Counted from the stretch's first letter, positions 38,732 through 49,929 are shown. The stretch is DNA of 51,166 nt from Rhodothermales bacterium (GCA_041738655.1 JBGSPJ010000472.1:1-51166); one strand, 5' to 3'. Translations and numbers: made by a program. Notes: a model not told the origin generated them from the letters alone.

Positions 38732-40279
38732 CTAGCGGCTGCGCACATCGAGGCGCTGGCGGATTTCGTTCATCATTCCGGCGAACTTCGGGTTGGTATC
38801 GACCTGGTTTTCGACGCTCTGATTGGCGTGGATGACGGTCGAATGATCGCGTCCCCCGAAATACAGGCCGATGGTCTTTAGGGAGTGCTGAGTGAGTTCC
38901 TTGCTGAAGTACATCGCCACCTGACGGGCCTGCACCACTTCGCGCTTACGGGTCTTGCCTCGCACGAGGTCCTCCGTGATGTCGAAATACTCGCAACAAA
39001 TCCGCTGGATCTCGTCGATCGTCAGGTTTATGCGGGTGTCCTTGATGAGGTCTTTTAGCATTTCGCGCGCGAGGGGCAGGTCGATCTCGCGGTTGTGCAG
39101 CGTGGCGTGCGCCAGGAGTCGAATAAGCGCGCCTTCCAGCTCACGGATGTTGCTCTTTACATGGTGGGCGATGAATTCCACCACATCGCGTGCGATCTGG
39201 ATGCCGTCGTCTTCGGCGCGGCGTTGGAGGATGGCGATCCTCGTTTCAAACTCCGGCGGCTGCACGTCTGCCGTCAGGCCCCACTGGAAGCGGGACAGCA
39301 GCCGCTCCTCGATGCCCGGAATGTCGCGAGGGGGGCGGTCCGCGGAGAGGATGATCTGTTTGCCCGACTGGTGCAGCGTATTAAAAATGTGGAAGAACTC
39401 TTCCTGCGTTTTTTCCTTGCCGCCGAAGAACTGCACGTCGTCTACGATGAGCAGGTCGATCTGGCGATAATACAGGGAAAACTCACTTACCCGGTTGTTC
39501 TGGATCGCCTGGACGAACTCGTTGGTAAAGCGCTCGCTTGATATGTAGAGAACCGAGCGGGCGTTGTGGTTGGCGAGTGCGTAGTTGCCGATGGCCTGGA
39601 TCAGGTGGGTTTTGCCCAGCCCTACCCCACCGTAGATCATAAACGGATTAAAGCTCGTCGCGCCCGGTTGTTGGCCGATGGCGAGGGAGGCGCTGCGTGC
39701 CAGGCGGTTGCAATCTCCTTCGATAAATCGCTCGAAGGTATAGGATGGATTGAGGTTACTCTCCACGGGCGCCGGCTTGATGCCCGGGATGATAAAGGGG
39801 TTGGAAAAGGGCCCTGGTTTTGGGGGGGGCGGACTAAACCGCGGCGCGTTGCTTTGCCCGTTCGAGACGCCGGCCACATCGAAGGCCGGCTGGGGAGCAG
39901 GGGGAGCCGGCCGGCTGGGAGGGCGGTTCGCGGATACGGGGACCGCTTCGGCGTCCACCTGCCTCGCCGCGACCTGCATCGAGGATCCCTGGTGTCCGTT
40001 TTCGGCATCCTCCTTCTCGATGACCACGTTGTAGATCAATCGGCCGTGCGGGCCAACGACTTTGAGTATCGTTTTGCGGAGGAGGGCGTAGTAGTGCTCT
40101 TCCAGCCATTCGTAATAAAACCGGCTGGGGAGCTGTATCGTCAACTTGCGCTGGCCGTCTTCTTCGACGAGGCTCAGCGCTTTGAGGGGTTCGAACCAGG
40201 TTTTAAAGCTCTGCCGGCTGACATTGTCCCGAATGATATCGAGGCAGGTTTGCCAGGCTTGGTCTGCCGAGAGTTCCAT
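38732..40279 (-). CDS. dnaA: Chromosomal replication initiator
   Basis: YTFERFIEG.N, GGVGLGKTHL, DDVQF, QEEFFH.FN, GGRDHSTV. Confidence 0.99.
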   Translation of the reverse strand: MELSADQAWQTCLDIIRDNVSRQSFKTWFEPLKALSLVEEDGQRKLTIQLPSRFYYEWLEEHYYALLRKTILKVVGPHGRLIYNVVIEKEDAENGHQGSSMQVAARQVDAEAVPVSANRPPSRPAPPAPQPAFDVAGVSNGQSNAPRFSPPPPKPGPFSNPFIIPGIKPAPVESNLNPSYTFERFIEGDCNRLARSASLAIGQQPGATSFNPFMIYGGVGLGKTHLIQAIGNYALANHNARSVLYISSERFTNEFVQAIQNNRVSEFSLYYRQIDLLIVDDVQFFGGKEKTQEEFFHIFNTLHQSGKQIILSADRPPRDIPGIEERLLSRFQWGLTADVQPPEFETRIAILQRRAEDDGIQIARDVVEFIAHHVKSNIRELEGALIRLLAHATLHNREIDLPLAREMLKDLIKDTRINLTIDEIQRICCEYFDITEDLVRGKTRKREVVQARQVAMYFSKELTQHSLKTIGLYFGGRDHSTVIHANQSVENQVDTNPKFAGMMNEIRQRLDVRSR

Positions 40280-41250
40280 ACGCGTGGACGAGCGGAATCA
40301 AAGCGTACCGGATGAGGCATCGCTGCACACAACCGGTTCATGGGTGGATGATGCTTTTCCCAGATAGTCCAGATACTACCCTGGCGGCAAGCCGGCCGAG
40401 GGCAGCGTGGTGAAACGCGTCCGCCGCAGGAACGTGCGGCTCAGATATGCACTACTTATTCACACGTGCACGAGCGCAGTGCTTCACTGTGAAGCGCGCC
40501 GGCCATCGGTATGCCGCACTTGTTGACAAGTTTTCAACAACAGAGCACGGCCGCCGGTTTGTCAGAATCGTCGATTCGTAAGCTGTGTGTACAGTATACT
40601 GTACATATACAGCCGCAAGGACTCGTCGTGTTGCCCCGGTGGGCTATACGTGCTTGCCCGATAGGGCTCGGGTGTACACATGTTGTGCACAAGGCGGCCC
40701 CGTATGGTTGAGCATCAGGCCGGGGCCCGGATTTCAGGCGCGTACAGGTGCGCGCAGGTCGGCACTCGTTACTTGATACACGCTGCGGGTGTATCCCGGG
40801 AGGTAACGCAGCCTGGACCATCGCGGCGTCGTGAGGAAGGACCTCATGACCGGCGCCGCAACTGAAAACGGGACTGGCGAGTCAGGACCGTGTGACAGAA
40901 TCGTGTGACAGAATCGTTGTGCGTAGGCACGTCGATGCGTTCCCTTAACTGGGGTTTTATGGTAACCATAATGCCCGGTAACGTCAAGCAAGTGGTTCTG
41001 GTTTTTTGGAGTCAAGCAGTAACGAAGTTGCAAACCGCACAGGGACATTTTGCAAAGTTCACGGGCTTTTTGGACTTGATTCGGAAACCTTATCAACGGG
41101 TGGGGATTAAGGCCAAGCTGTATCGATGTCGCTGCGACTCGGGTGCTGGTTGGCTCCTGTGAGCAGCTGTATCGTGCGTGATTTGCCTGTTCAAGCGACC
41201 TGCTATTAACCAGGTCTGTTTTACATAGGCCTGCTTTTAATTTGGCCCAG
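40280..41250. other. Probable chromosomal origin (oriC) / dnaA regulatory region
   Basis: ~1 kb with no credible ORF, upstream of dnaA; DnaA-box-like TTATTCACA (40456), TGTTGACAA (40521), TTTTCAACA (40531), TTGTGCACA (40683); core gene orientation flips here. Confidence 0.65.
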
Positions 41251-41267
41251 TGAACGGGGTCAGCGTC

Positions 41268-41768
41268 ATGGTTCGAGTTGATTTGAAGCCGTTGAAAAGC
41301 GGCCCACATGAATTTGATTGGGATCTGGAGCCGGAGCCTCTCGGTCTCGATCCAGCCATGTTTCGCGACCTTCGGCTCCATGCGCGCCTTGACGTCCAGC
41401 CTGACTCGGTGTTTGTGCGTCTTACGGCCCGTGGGGTAGCGACACTCATGTGCGATCGGACACTTGTTTCCTACGACGAGCCGGTGGCGGGCGACTATGC
41501 GATGCTCTATGTGACGCAGCGTGAGGCCGAGCCGGCGGATGAGTCGCTGGATGATGTGATCGAACTGGCTCCTGATGAGGAGGAGATTGACCTCACGGAA
41601 GCTGTTCGGGACACGTTGTTACTGGCATTGCCCCATCGGCGCGTGGCGCCCGGCGCGGACGCACTGGAGTTGCCCACACAATTTGGCGCGCCGGCCGAAG
41701 GGGATGACGTGGCGGATCCCCGATGGGATGCGCTTCGTCAACTTCGCGCGGACGGCCGTACTTCGTGA
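41268..41768 (+). CDS. yceD: DUF177/YceD family protein
   Basis: CDRTL, IDLTEAVRD.LLLALP, DPRWDALR; upstream of rpmF. Confidence 0.93.
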   Translation: MVRVDLKPLKSGPHEFDWDLEPEPLGLDPAMFRDLRLHARLDVQPDSVFVRLTARGVATLMCDRTLVSYDEPVAGDYAMLYVTQREAEPADESLDDVIELAPDEEEIDLTEAVRDTLLLALPHRRVAPGADALELPTQFGAPAEGDDVADPRWDALRQLRADGRTS

Positions 41769-41845
41769 GGCGGCCGGCCACATGTTCAGGTGGTCGTCTC
41801 TATATTCTTACCCTGTTGATCCCGGTACATTAAGGAACACCCATC

Positions 41846-42037
41846 ATGGCCAATCCAAAACGTAAGCACTCGAAAGCCCGTTCGCGTTCGCGCCGTGCGG
41901 TCTATTACAACAGCCTGGTGAAGCCGCAAATGGTCGAATGCACCAACTGCGGCAACACGAAGGTCCGTCACCGCGCATGCCCGAGTTGCGGCTACTACCG
42001 CGGCCGTAAGATCGTCGAGGGCGCCGAGGCGGCGTGA
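41846..42037 (+). CDS. rpmF: 50S ribosomal protein L32 (zinc-ribbon form)
   Basis: MANPKRKHSKARSRSRR, CTNC..HRACPSCGYYRG. Confidence 0.98.
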   Translation: MANPKRKHSKARSRSRRAVYYNSLVKPQMVECTNCGNTKVRHRACPSCGYYRGRKIVEGAEAA

Positions 42038-42160
42038 TGGGTCGCCATGGGCCTTTTTTTGCGCTTTGTACGGCGATCCAGTATTCTTAAAGCCTTCCCG
42101 TTACGGCGTGCAGGCATGAATCGATGCCCTGTGCGGTTTAGCTAGATAATCGGACATTAC

Positions 42161-43171
42161 ATGGCTATTCGAGTTGCAGTGGATGCGATGGGGGGAGATC
42201 ATGCCCCATCCGTGGTCGTTCGAGGAGTCGTGCAGGCATTGCAACGGGCCGAGGGCAAGCTGGAGATTTTGCTGGTCGGGCCCGAAGCCACGGTAGCCGA
42301 GGAGATGCAGCGCTGCGGGAATTGCGAGGGGTTGCCGATCCGAATCGTTGATGCGCCGGAGGTGATCGGGATGGGCGAGCAGCCGGCCTCCGCGGTGAAA
42401 AACAAGCCGAAGTCGTCGATCCACGTCGGGCTCAAAGCCCAGAAGGAGGGGTTGGCGGATGCGTTTATCAGCGCCGGCAATACCGGCGCCGTCATGGCGG
42501 CTTCCCTGTTCATCCTCGGGCGGCTCCCCAATGTGGCGCGCCCGACGCTGCTCGGGTTCATCCCGACCACCAAAGGGAAACATACCATCAGCGTCGACAT
42601 GGGTACCAATGTCGATTGCAAGCCCGAGCATCTGGTTCAATTCGCCCAGATGGGCTCCATCTTCGTTGAGCAAGTCCTACAACGCCCCCACCCCACCGTC
42701 GCGCTGATGAACATCGGCGAGGAACCGGGCAAAGGCAACGAGCAGGCCAAGGCCGCCTATGAGTTGCTCAAGGCGGACACTTCAATCAACTTCATTGGCA
42801 ATATCGAGGGGCGCGACCTGCTCAATTATGCCGCCGATGTCGTCGTCTTTGACGGATTTGTGGGCAACATCGTCCTGAAATTTGGAGAGAGTTGTATGAC
42901 GACCGTCCTCTCCACCATGGTCGCCGAGGAGATGGACCGCCTCCAGTTCTCCCTCGATCAGCGCCAGCTTGTCAAGACGCTCCTGGGCAGTATTCAGAAG
43001 CGGTTTAATTACGAAGAGTATGGCGGCGCGCCCTTGCTGGGCATCGCCGGCAACGTGCTGATCGGTCACGGTAGCTCCACCCCCCGCGCCATCGAGCAGC
43101 TGATCGTGACGGCCTCGCGCATCGTCAACCAGCATCTTTCGGATCGGCTCTCCGAAAACTTCAGCGACTGA
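42161..43171 (+). CDS. plsX: Phosphate acyltransferase
   Basis: [43 protein letters not shown]. Confidence 0.98.
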   Translation: MAIRVAVDAMGGDHAPSVVVRGVVQALQRAEGKLEILLVGPEATVAEEMQRCGNCEGLPIRIVDAPEVIGMGEQPASAVKNKPKSSIHVGLKAQKEGLADAFISAGNTGAVMAASLFILGRLPNVARPTLLGFIPTTKGKHTISVDMGTNVDCKPEHLVQFAQMGSIFVEQVLQRPHPTVALMNIGEEPGKGNEQAKAAYELLKADTSINFIGNIEGRDLLNYAADVVVFDGFVGNIVLKFGESCMTTVLSTMVAEEMDRLQFSLDQRQLVKTLLGSIQKRFNYEEYGGAPLLGIAGNVLIGHGSSTPRAIEQLIVTASRIVNQHLSDRLSENFSD

Positions 43172-43211
43172 CTTAGATCTCCGCTATCCTACCTCGTTAG
43201 CTCCGGTACCC

Positions 43212-44246
43212 ATGTTCAAGGCTGCTATTACCGCCGTCGGTCACTACCTGCCCTCCTATCGGTTGACCAATGCCGAACTGGAACGTATGGTGGATACTAC
43301 CGACGACTGGATTGTCTCGCGTACGGGCATTCGTGAACGGCGCATCCTGAAGGAAGAAGGCAAGGCCACGGCATTTATGGCGTCCGAAGCGGCGCGCGAG
43401 GCCCTGCGGAAACGGGGCATCACGGCGGAAGAGGTCGATCTCATCATCGTCGCCACGGTTACGCCGGACATGGTGTTCCCGGCGACGGCCTGCCTCGTCC
43501 AGGCGCAGATAGGCGCCTCGAAAGCCTGGGGATTCGATCTCTCGGCGGCGTGTAGCGGGTTTTTGTTCGCCCTGTCCACGGGCGCGTCGTTCATCACTTC
43601 CGGCAAGCATAAACGGGTGCTTGTGATCGGCGCGGACAAGATGTCCAGCATCGTCGATTATACCGACCGCACAACCTGCGTGCTGTTCGGCGATGGCGCC
43701 GGCGCCGTGCTGCTCGAGGCCGACTCCGAGGGGTATGGCGTGCTCGACACCATCGAATACACGGACGGCTCAAACTCGACCGCCCTGTGTATGGTCGCCG
43801 GCGGTAGCCTGCACCCCGCCTCCCACGAGACCGTCGACGCCCGGTTGCACTACGCCTATCAGGACGGCAAGACAGTGTTCAAATACGCTGTGACGGGCAT
43901 GGCGGATGTGGCCGAAGAGATCATGAAGCGGAATGAACTCACGGGAGACGATGTTCGCTTCCTCGTGCCGCATCAGGCCAACCAGCGCATCATCGACGCC
44001 ACCGCCCGGCGGATGGGCGTGGACAACGACAAGGTGATGCTCAACATCGAGCGGTATGGCAATACGACGGCCGCTACGATTCCGCTGTGCCTGTACGACT
44101 GGGAAGCCGAGCTCAAAAAAGGGGATAATCTCATTCTTACGGCTTTTGGCGGCGGCTTCACCTGGGGCGCTGCGTACGTCCGCTGGGCCTACGATGGTGC
44201 CGCCGTCCGCGCCGAAACCCACTCAACCGCACGCGCCAACGCTTAA
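43212..44246 (+). CDS. fabH: 3-oxoacyl-ACP synthase III
   Basis: [30 protein letters not shown]. Confidence 0.98.
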   Translation: MFKAAITAVGHYLPSYRLTNAELERMVDTTDDWIVSRTGIRERRILKEEGKATAFMASEAAREALRKRGITAEEVDLIIVATVTPDMVFPATACLVQAQIGASKAWGFDLSAACSGFLFALSTGASFITSGKHKRVLVIGADKMSSIVDYTDRTTCVLFGDGAGAVLLEADSEGYGVLDTIEYTDGSNSTALCMVAGGSLHPASHETVDARLHYAYQDGKTVFKYAVTGMADVAEEIMKRNELTGDDVRFLVPHQANQRIIDATARRMGVDNDKVMLNIERYGNTTAATIPLCLYDWEAELKKGDNLILTAFGGGFTWGAAYVRWAYDGAAVRAETHSTARANA

Positions 44247-44258
44247 CGCGATCTGATC

Positions 44259-45008
44259 ATGTCGTTCGACTTCAAGGGCAAGAGCATTCTAGTAACGGGC
44301 GGGACCCGTGGCATCGGCCGGGCGATGGTGGAGGCGTTTGCCGCCGCCGGCGCGCGCGTGGCATTTACCTACCGCTCCTCCGTCGAACAGGCCGAAGCCT
44401 TCCGTTCCGAACTCGAACAGCGCGGCGCGGAGGCCCTCGCGTTCCAGGTGGACGCGGCCTCGTTTGACGAAGCTCAGAAAACGGTCGACGCCGTCATCCA
44501 GGCCTGGGGGTCCATCGATGTACTCGTCAACAACGCCGGCATCACGCGCGACGGGTTGATGATCCGGATGAGCGAGGCGGACTGGGACGCGGTGCTGGAA
44601 ACGAACCTAAAGAGCGTCTTCAACTACGCCAAAGCGGCCTACCGGCCGATGATGAAGCAACGCGCCGGCAAGATCGTTAACATTTCTTCGGTGGTTGGCG
44701 TCACCGGCAATGCCGGCCAGGCCAACTACGCGGCCTCGAAAGCCGGCATCATCGGGTTCTCGAAAAGCCTCGCCAAGGAACTCGGCAAACGCGGTGTCAC
44801 GGTCAATGTCGTCGCTCCAGGGTATGTAGATACCGATATGACGGCCGAACTCCCCGAAAAGGCACGCGAAGAACTGACCAACCAGATCCCCCTGGGCCGC
44901 ACGGCGCGTCCGGAAGAAATCGCCCACGCCGTCCTCTTTCTGGCTTCTCCACTGGCCGACTATATTACCGGGCAGGTCCTCCTTGTCGATGGGGGGCTGG
45001 CGATGTGA
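44259..45008 (+). CDS. fabG: 3-oxoacyl-ACP reductase
   Basis: TGGTRGIG, NNAGITRD, GQANYAASK, VDGG. Confidence 0.97.
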   Translation: MSFDFKGKSILVTGGTRGIGRAMVEAFAAAGARVAFTYRSSVEQAEAFRSELEQRGAEALAFQVDAASFDEAQKTVDAVIQAWGSIDVLVNNAGITRDGLMIRMSEADWDAVLETNLKSVFNYAKAAYRPMMKQRAGKIVNISSVVGVTGNAGQANYAASKAGIIGFSKSLAKELGKRGVTVNVVAPGYVDTDMTAELPEKAREELTNQIPLGRTARPEEIAHAVLFLASPLADYITGQVLLVDGGLAM

Positions 45009-45179
45009 TCCGCCGCTGCCCTATACTGTTCGACATCTTACCGGGTTCGGTCGGTGCGCGTTCGACGCCGGCCGGGCTTCTCCAATCGCCCCTTTCGAAC
45101 GATCGCCCGTCTGAAACGACAGTAGGACGCCTGTATCGTGTACCCTCCAATGACTTTGAGGGGAATAGTTTGATGACTT

Positions 45180-46961
45180 ATGGTTTCTGAAGAATCGGAA
45201 AAACCCGCGTTTACCCAGGTAATCGACCTGACATCCCGGGCGCAGCAGAACGCCCGCGAACAACGCACCACCGCCACCCTGCAAGAACCGGATCCGGCGC
45301 TGCCTCGGGCCACCATCGAAACCCTGCCTGAGACGATCCGACGCGCGGTGATCTCCGCCGGCTGGAACAGCCTGATGCCGGTGCAGGAGTTGTCGATTCC
45401 GTATCTCGTCGCCGGCCGCGACATGATCGTCCAGTCCCGTACGGGCAGCGGCAAAACGGGCGCGTTCCTGCTTCCACTGTTCGAGCGCCTCGATCCTCAC
45501 TCGGCCACGACCCAGGCGCTCCTCCTCTGCCCCACCCGCGAGCTCGCCCGTCAGATCCACGAGGAGTTCGAAGCCATGCAACGCGCCTTCGTCGACGACG
45601 AATACCGGCTTGAATCGGCCCTGGTCTACGGCGGCGTCAAGTACAAGACGCAGAATACTTCGCTCAAAGGAGGCGCCCAGGTGGTCATCGGCACGCCCGG
45701 CCGTATCCTCGACCACCTCGAGCGCCGGACCTTCACGCTGGACGACCTCAAGGTCCTCGTGCTGGATGAGGCGGACGAGATGCTCTCGATGGGGTTCTAC
45801 CCGGCGATGAAGCAATTGCGTCGCTATCTGCCGGCCAGCCGGAATTCCTACATGTTCAGCGCCACGATGCCGCCCAAAGTGCGATCGCTGGCCCAGGACT
45901 TTCTGCGCGACCCCGGTTTCCTCTCGTTGAGTTCCGGACAGATCGGCGTGGACAGTATCGAACATCGGTACTATGTGGCCAATCCGATGGAAAAGGACCG
46001 GGTGCTCGTCCGTATCATCGAGATGGAAAACCCGGATTCGGCCATCATTTTCGCCAACACAAAACGCGACGTGGAGTACCTCGCCAAGTTCCTGCGCAAC
46101 TTCGGCTACGACGCGAGCGAGATTTCGGGGGATCTGGACCAGCGCGCGCGCGAAAAGGTGATGGATCGGATCCGGAAAGGCGAGCTCCGATACCTGGTAG
46201 CCACGGACGTGGCCGCGCGCGGCATCGACATTTCGGACCTGAGCCACGTTTTTATGTACGATGTGCCGCAGGACCCCGAGTATTACATCCATCGCTCGGG
46301 CCGCACCGCCCGCGCCGGCAAAACGGGCACCGCCATCGTGGTGACGACGGCCACGGAGAAAAACAGCCTGCTTCGCATCACGAAAAAATACGGGGTGGAT
46401 TCGCAGCAGCACGAGGTGCCGAGTCCGGAAGACGTGGAAGTCCGTGTGGCCGAACGGATGACGATCGTGCTCGAAGAACGGATGCGCGAGAAGTCCGACG
46501 ATACCCGGGAGCACCTGGGCTATTTCGTCCCGCTCGTCGAGCGGCTCGCGGCCGAGAAGCCAACGCTGCTCAGCATCCTGGTGGACGATGTGTACCTCGC
46601 GCACTCGCTGGGCCGGCTCGCCGAGCCCGAAGAGGTTCCTGAGGACGTGCGTGGATCCAACGAGGAGTTGATGGAGGATAAGCTGGAGGCGCACCTGAAA
46701 GGGAAAACCAACCTGACGCGCGTCCGCGGCGAGCGGTTTGTTCCGCTCGTGCAACAGCTGGTCGCGGAGGAGCCGGAGTTGCTGGCGATGCTGGTTGACG
46801 AGTTAGACCTGGAGCAGGGCGCGTTTGTCTACCGCGAACCCCCGCCTCCTGAGCCGCGTCGAGACCGCGAGGAAGAGGAACGCCTCGCCAGCCGTCGGCC
46901 GCCTCGGCCAGGCGGTGGACGCCCGGGAGGCCGCTCCGGTGGTGGTGGGCGGCGACGGTAA
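45180..46961 (+). CDS. DEAD-box RNA helicase
   Basis: RTGSGKT, PTRELA, TPGR, DEAD, SAT, ARGID, HRSGRTARAG; RG-rich tail. Confidence 0.96.
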   Translation: MVSEESEKPAFTQVIDLTSRAQQNAREQRTTATLQEPDPALPRATIETLPETIRRAVISAGWNSLMPVQELSIPYLVAGRDMIVQSRTGSGKTGAFLLPLFERLDPHSATTQALLLCPTRELARQIHEEFEAMQRAFVDDEYRLESALVYGGVKYKTQNTSLKGGAQVVIGTPGRILDHLERRTFTLDDLKVLVLDEADEMLSMGFYPAMKQLRRYLPASRNSYMFSATMPPKVRSLAQDFLRDPGFLSLSSGQIGVDSIEHRYYVANPMEKDRVLVRIIEMENPDSAIIFANTKRDVEYLAKFLRNFGYDASEISGDLDQRAREKVMDRIRKGELRYLVATDVAARGIDISDLSHVFMYDVPQDPEYYIHRSGRTARAGKTGTAIVVTTATEKNSLLRITKKYGVDSQQHEVPSPEDVEVRVAERMTIVLEERMREKSDDTREHLGYFVPLVERLAAEKPTLLSILVDDVYLAHSLGRLAEPEEVPEDVRGSNEELMEDKLEAHLKGKTNLTRVRGERFVPLVQQLVAEEPELLAMLVDELDLEQGAFVYREPPPPEPRRDREEEERLASRRPPRPGGGRPGGRSGGGGRRR

Positions 46962-46963
46962 CT

Positions 46964-47031
46964 GGTTTAAGGTTTAATGTTCGAGGTTTAAAGAACCCCA
47001 CATTGAACCTTAAACTTCGAACATTAAACCT
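46964..47031. repeat. Heptamer-periodic inverted repeat (probable bidirectional terminator)
   Basis: GGTTTAA GGTTTAA TGTTCGA GGTTTAA ... TTGAACC TTAAACT TCGAACA TTAAACC between convergent genes. Confidence 0.8.
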
Positions 47032-48521
47032 CATTCCGCCCAGGCCGGCGTGCCGAACCAGTCGTGCATCTCCTGCGCAAAAGGGGCGATGACGCTGTCG
47101 GGTTCCGGCCACTCCCCGCGGTCGCCGGTCTCCACGATCCACGTGTCGAGCGCGCCGCGCAGCCGGGATAACGCGGCCTGGTGTTCGGGGCGGTTGGATG
47201 CCGCGAGGTTGACGATCTCGTGCGGATCCGCTTCGGTGTCGAAGAGATGCTCGTACGGGAGAGGCTGCATGAGATCGAGCGCGGGGCCGGTGAGCGTGCC
47301 GGCGGCCAGCATCTCCCGCATAATGGGCTGGATGATGAAGCACTTCTCCTTGTACCGGTTCAGCGACGCAAAGCCCATGTCGGGCATGTAGTTGCGGATA
47401 TAATGGTAGCGGGACTCGCGGACCGACCGCATCCGGTTGATGGTTTCGTCGACCCGATCGCGCGCGCTGAAGGCGTAGGTGCGGGGTGGATCCGGACGAT
47501 CCCCCAGAAACACCCGGCTCTGCATGTTCATCGGTCGCTCGATGCCGGCCATCCAGAGCGTCGTCGCCGTGAGGTCCAGCACGCTGATCACATCGTCGAT
47601 GACGCCGCCGGGCGCGTACTGCGGCGGAGGCGAGAGCGCCGGCGGGTAATACACGATCATCGGGACGTGGATGCCGGTGTCGTACAGCCAATGGATACCG
47701 CGGGGCTCCATCCGGCCGTTATCGCCAAAGAACACGACGATGGTGTTGTCGGCCAGCCCTTCCTCGCGGAGCCGATCCAGGATCCACCCGATCCGCACAT
47801 CCATCCCCGAAACTGAATTGAGGTACCGGGCCCACTCCTCGCGCACCACCGGGTGGTCCGGATAATAGGGCGGCGGGGTGACGTTCTCCGGCGTGGCGAT
47901 ACGGGGGTGCTGATCTTCCCCATACCACTTCACCCGCTCGTGTTTGTACGATTGCCGGTCGTAGATATCGTATTCGCTCTCCGGCATGTTGATCTGCGCA
48001 AAGAAGGGCTCGTTGGTCTTGAGGTCGTTCCACTCGTTCGACTGGTAGATGGGCCCCTCGTTCACGAAGTTGAGGTCCAGCTTCGCCGTCCCCACCTCCA
48101 GGGAGTCGATGTACTTGATGTTGGCGGTGAAGTAGCCGGCGTCCTGCAGGCGGTGGGTGAGCGGACGAACGCCCTCGGGCAGGCGGTAGTCGTCCGTCCG
48201 GTGGGACCGCATGTTGTGGGTGTCGGTCGTCGTCTGGTACATCCCTGTCATAAACGCCGAACGGCTCGGGGCGCAGACGGGGGAGGTCGAGAAGACCCGG
48301 GTGTAGCGGATGCCGAGGCGGGCGAGGGAGTCGAGGCGGGGGGTGTGGACCTGCTGCGCGCCGTAGATCCCCAGATCCAGCTTCATGTTTTCGCCGACGA
48401 GCCACAGGATATTGGGCCGGCCGGCAGCGGCTGTTTCCGAAACGGCCTCCGACATGGATGGAGGGGACTCGCAGCCGAGGAGGGCGAGCAGCAGGGCGTA
48501 GCAGGCGAGTCGTGACGTCAT
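47031..48521 (-). CDS. Cys-type sulfatase (lipoprotein)
   Basis: LLALLGC lipobox, RPNILW, CAPSRSAFMTG, GDNG; start at MTSRLAC assumed. Confidence 0.93.
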   Translation of the reverse strand: MTSRLACYALLLALLGCESPPSMSEAVSETAAAGRPNILWLVGENMKLDLGIYGAQQVHTPRLDSLARLGIRYTRVFSTSPVCAPSRSAFMTGMYQTTTDTHNMRSHRTDDYRLPEGVRPLTHRLQDAGYFTANIKYIDSLEVGTAKLDLNFVNEGPIYQSNEWNDLKTNEPFFAQINMPESEYDIYDRQSYKHERVKWYGEDQHPRIATPENVTPPPYYPDHPVVREEWARYLNSVSGMDVRIGWILDRLREEGLADNTIVVFFGDNGRMEPRGIHWLYDTGIHVPMIVYYPPALSPPPQYAPGGVIDDVISVLDLTATTLWMAGIERPMNMQSRVFLGDRPDPPRTYAFSARDRVDETINRMRSVRESRYHYIRNYMPDMGFASLNRYKEKCFIIQPIMREMLAAGTLTGPALDLMQPLPYEHLFDTEADPHEIVNLAASNRPEHQAALSRLRGALDTWIVETGDRGEWPEPDSVIAPFAQEMHDWFGTPAWAE

Positions 48522-48537
48522 GGGCCCGGGGGGTATA

Positions 48538-49929
48538 TCAACGAAGAGCAGCGGCGACCATCGCGTCGATGCGGGTGAACTTGACGCGAGGCCGGCCCAC
48601 CGCCTCGCCGGCCGCCATTTCGAGAGCATCGAGTTTGAGCCAATCCGGGTAAGTAAACACGTCAGGCTGCCGGCCTCGGACGAAGGCCTCGGCCTCGGCC
48701 GCGGAGGGATGGCCGGGATGAAGGTGTTCGCTACGTGCGGCATCCTCCATCATCCGATCCACGGTGTCGACAGCGCAGGCCTTGTTGGTGCCGATGACGC
48801 CGCTGGGGCCACGTTTAATCCATCCCGCCGTGTATTCCCCCGGCACTGGCCGGCCTGTCTCGGGGTCGACGACACGCCCGTCTGCATTATTGATGAGGCC
48901 GGCGCGCGCATTAAACGGCACGCCCGGCAGGGGGACTCCGAGGTAGCCGACGGACCGGAACACCAGGCCGACGGGCAGCTCTTCGATCTGGCCGGTTGGG
49001 CGCGGGCGCAGCCCACCGCGATCGTCGCGATACAGTTCGTTTTTCTCGAGGCGGATCGCGCGAACGTTCCCGTGCGCATCACCCAGCAGTTCCGTCGGGG
49101 AGACGAGGAAGCGGATGATGAGTTTTTTGGAGCGGGATTGGGCACGGTGCACGGCCATTTCCTGGAGGATTTCGAGTTTTCGTTCGATGGTGCGGTCTGG
49201 CGCTGCGGCGAGGTCGGCCTGGCTGAGGGGGTCGAGGGTGACCTCTTCGCGCAGCGTAAACGCGTCGGCATCCTCCATCTCACCCAGCTCTTTGACCTCG
49301 GGGTTGGTGAAGGCGGCCTGGGCGGGGCCACGCCGGCCGAGCATGACCACTTCGCGGACCTGGCTGTGGCGAAGCGCTTCCAGGGCATAGTCGGCGATGT
49401 CCGTCCGGGCGAGTTCGTCCGGGGTGCGGCACAGGATGCGGGCGACATCGACGGCTACGTTGCCGACGCCGACGACGGCGACGCGCTCCCGGGAAAGGTC
49501 GAAGGACAGGTCGCGGAAGTCCGGATGCCCGTTGTACCAGGCGACAAACGCAGTGGCCGAGTGGCTGCCGGCGAGGTGTTCTCCCGGGATATCCAGACCG
49601 CGATCGGTCTGGGCGCCGGTCGTGTAGCAGATCAGGTGGTAGTACTGGCGGAGGTCGTCGACGGAGAGGTGCCGGCCGAGTTCCACGTTTCCGAAGAAGC
49701 GGAAGCGGGGATCCTGGGCGGTTTTGTCGTACTGGCGGACGACCGACTTGATCTTCTGATGGTCCGGGGCGACGCCGCCGCGCACGAGCCCGTAGGGGGT
49801 CGGGAGCCGATCGAAGAGGTCAACCTCCACATGGGGGTTTTTCAGAAGGTGGGCCGCGGCGTAGAAGCCGGAGGGGCCGGCGCCGATCACGGCTACACGA
49901 AGAGGACGGTTGGGAGATCCTACTGCCAT
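48538..49929 (-). CDS. fprA: Ferredoxin-NADP+ reductase (FprA/adrenodoxin reductase type)
   Basis: [56 protein letters not shown]. Confidence 0.93.
   Translation of the reverse strand: MAVGSPNRPLRVAVIGAGPSGFYAAAHLLKNPHVEVDLFDRLPTPYGLVRGGVAPDHQKIKSVVRQYDKTAQDPRFRFFGNVELGRHLSVDDLRQYYHLICYTTGAQTDRGLDIPGEHLAGSHSATAFVAWYNGHPDFRDLSFDLSRERVAVVGVGNVAVDVARILCRTPDELARTDIADYALEALRHSQVREVVMLGRRGPAQAAFTNPEVKELGEMEDADAFTLREEVTLDPLSQADLAAAPDRTIERKLEILQEMAVHRAQSRSKKLIIRFLVSPTELLGDAHGNVRAIRLEKNELYRDDRGGLRPRPTGQIEELPVGLVFRSVGYLGVPLPGVPFNARAGLINNADGRVVDPETGRPVPGEYTAGWIKRGPSGVIGTNKACAVDTVDRMMEDAARSEHLHPGHPSAAEAEAFVRGRQPDVFTYPDWLKLDALEMAAGEAVGRPRVKFTRIDAMVAAALR

Noticed and set aside
40481-40495. parS site
   Set aside because: GCTTCACTGTGAAGC has an extra central base and wrong outer bases versus TGTTTCACGTGAAACA
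40599-40612. LexA SOS box
   Set aside because: Spacing is CTGT-N6-ACAG rather than N8, and that box is proteobacterial
40734-41381. 215-aa minus-strand ORF in the origin region
   Set aside because: Overlaps yceD antisense, has no motifs and lies in regulatory DNA
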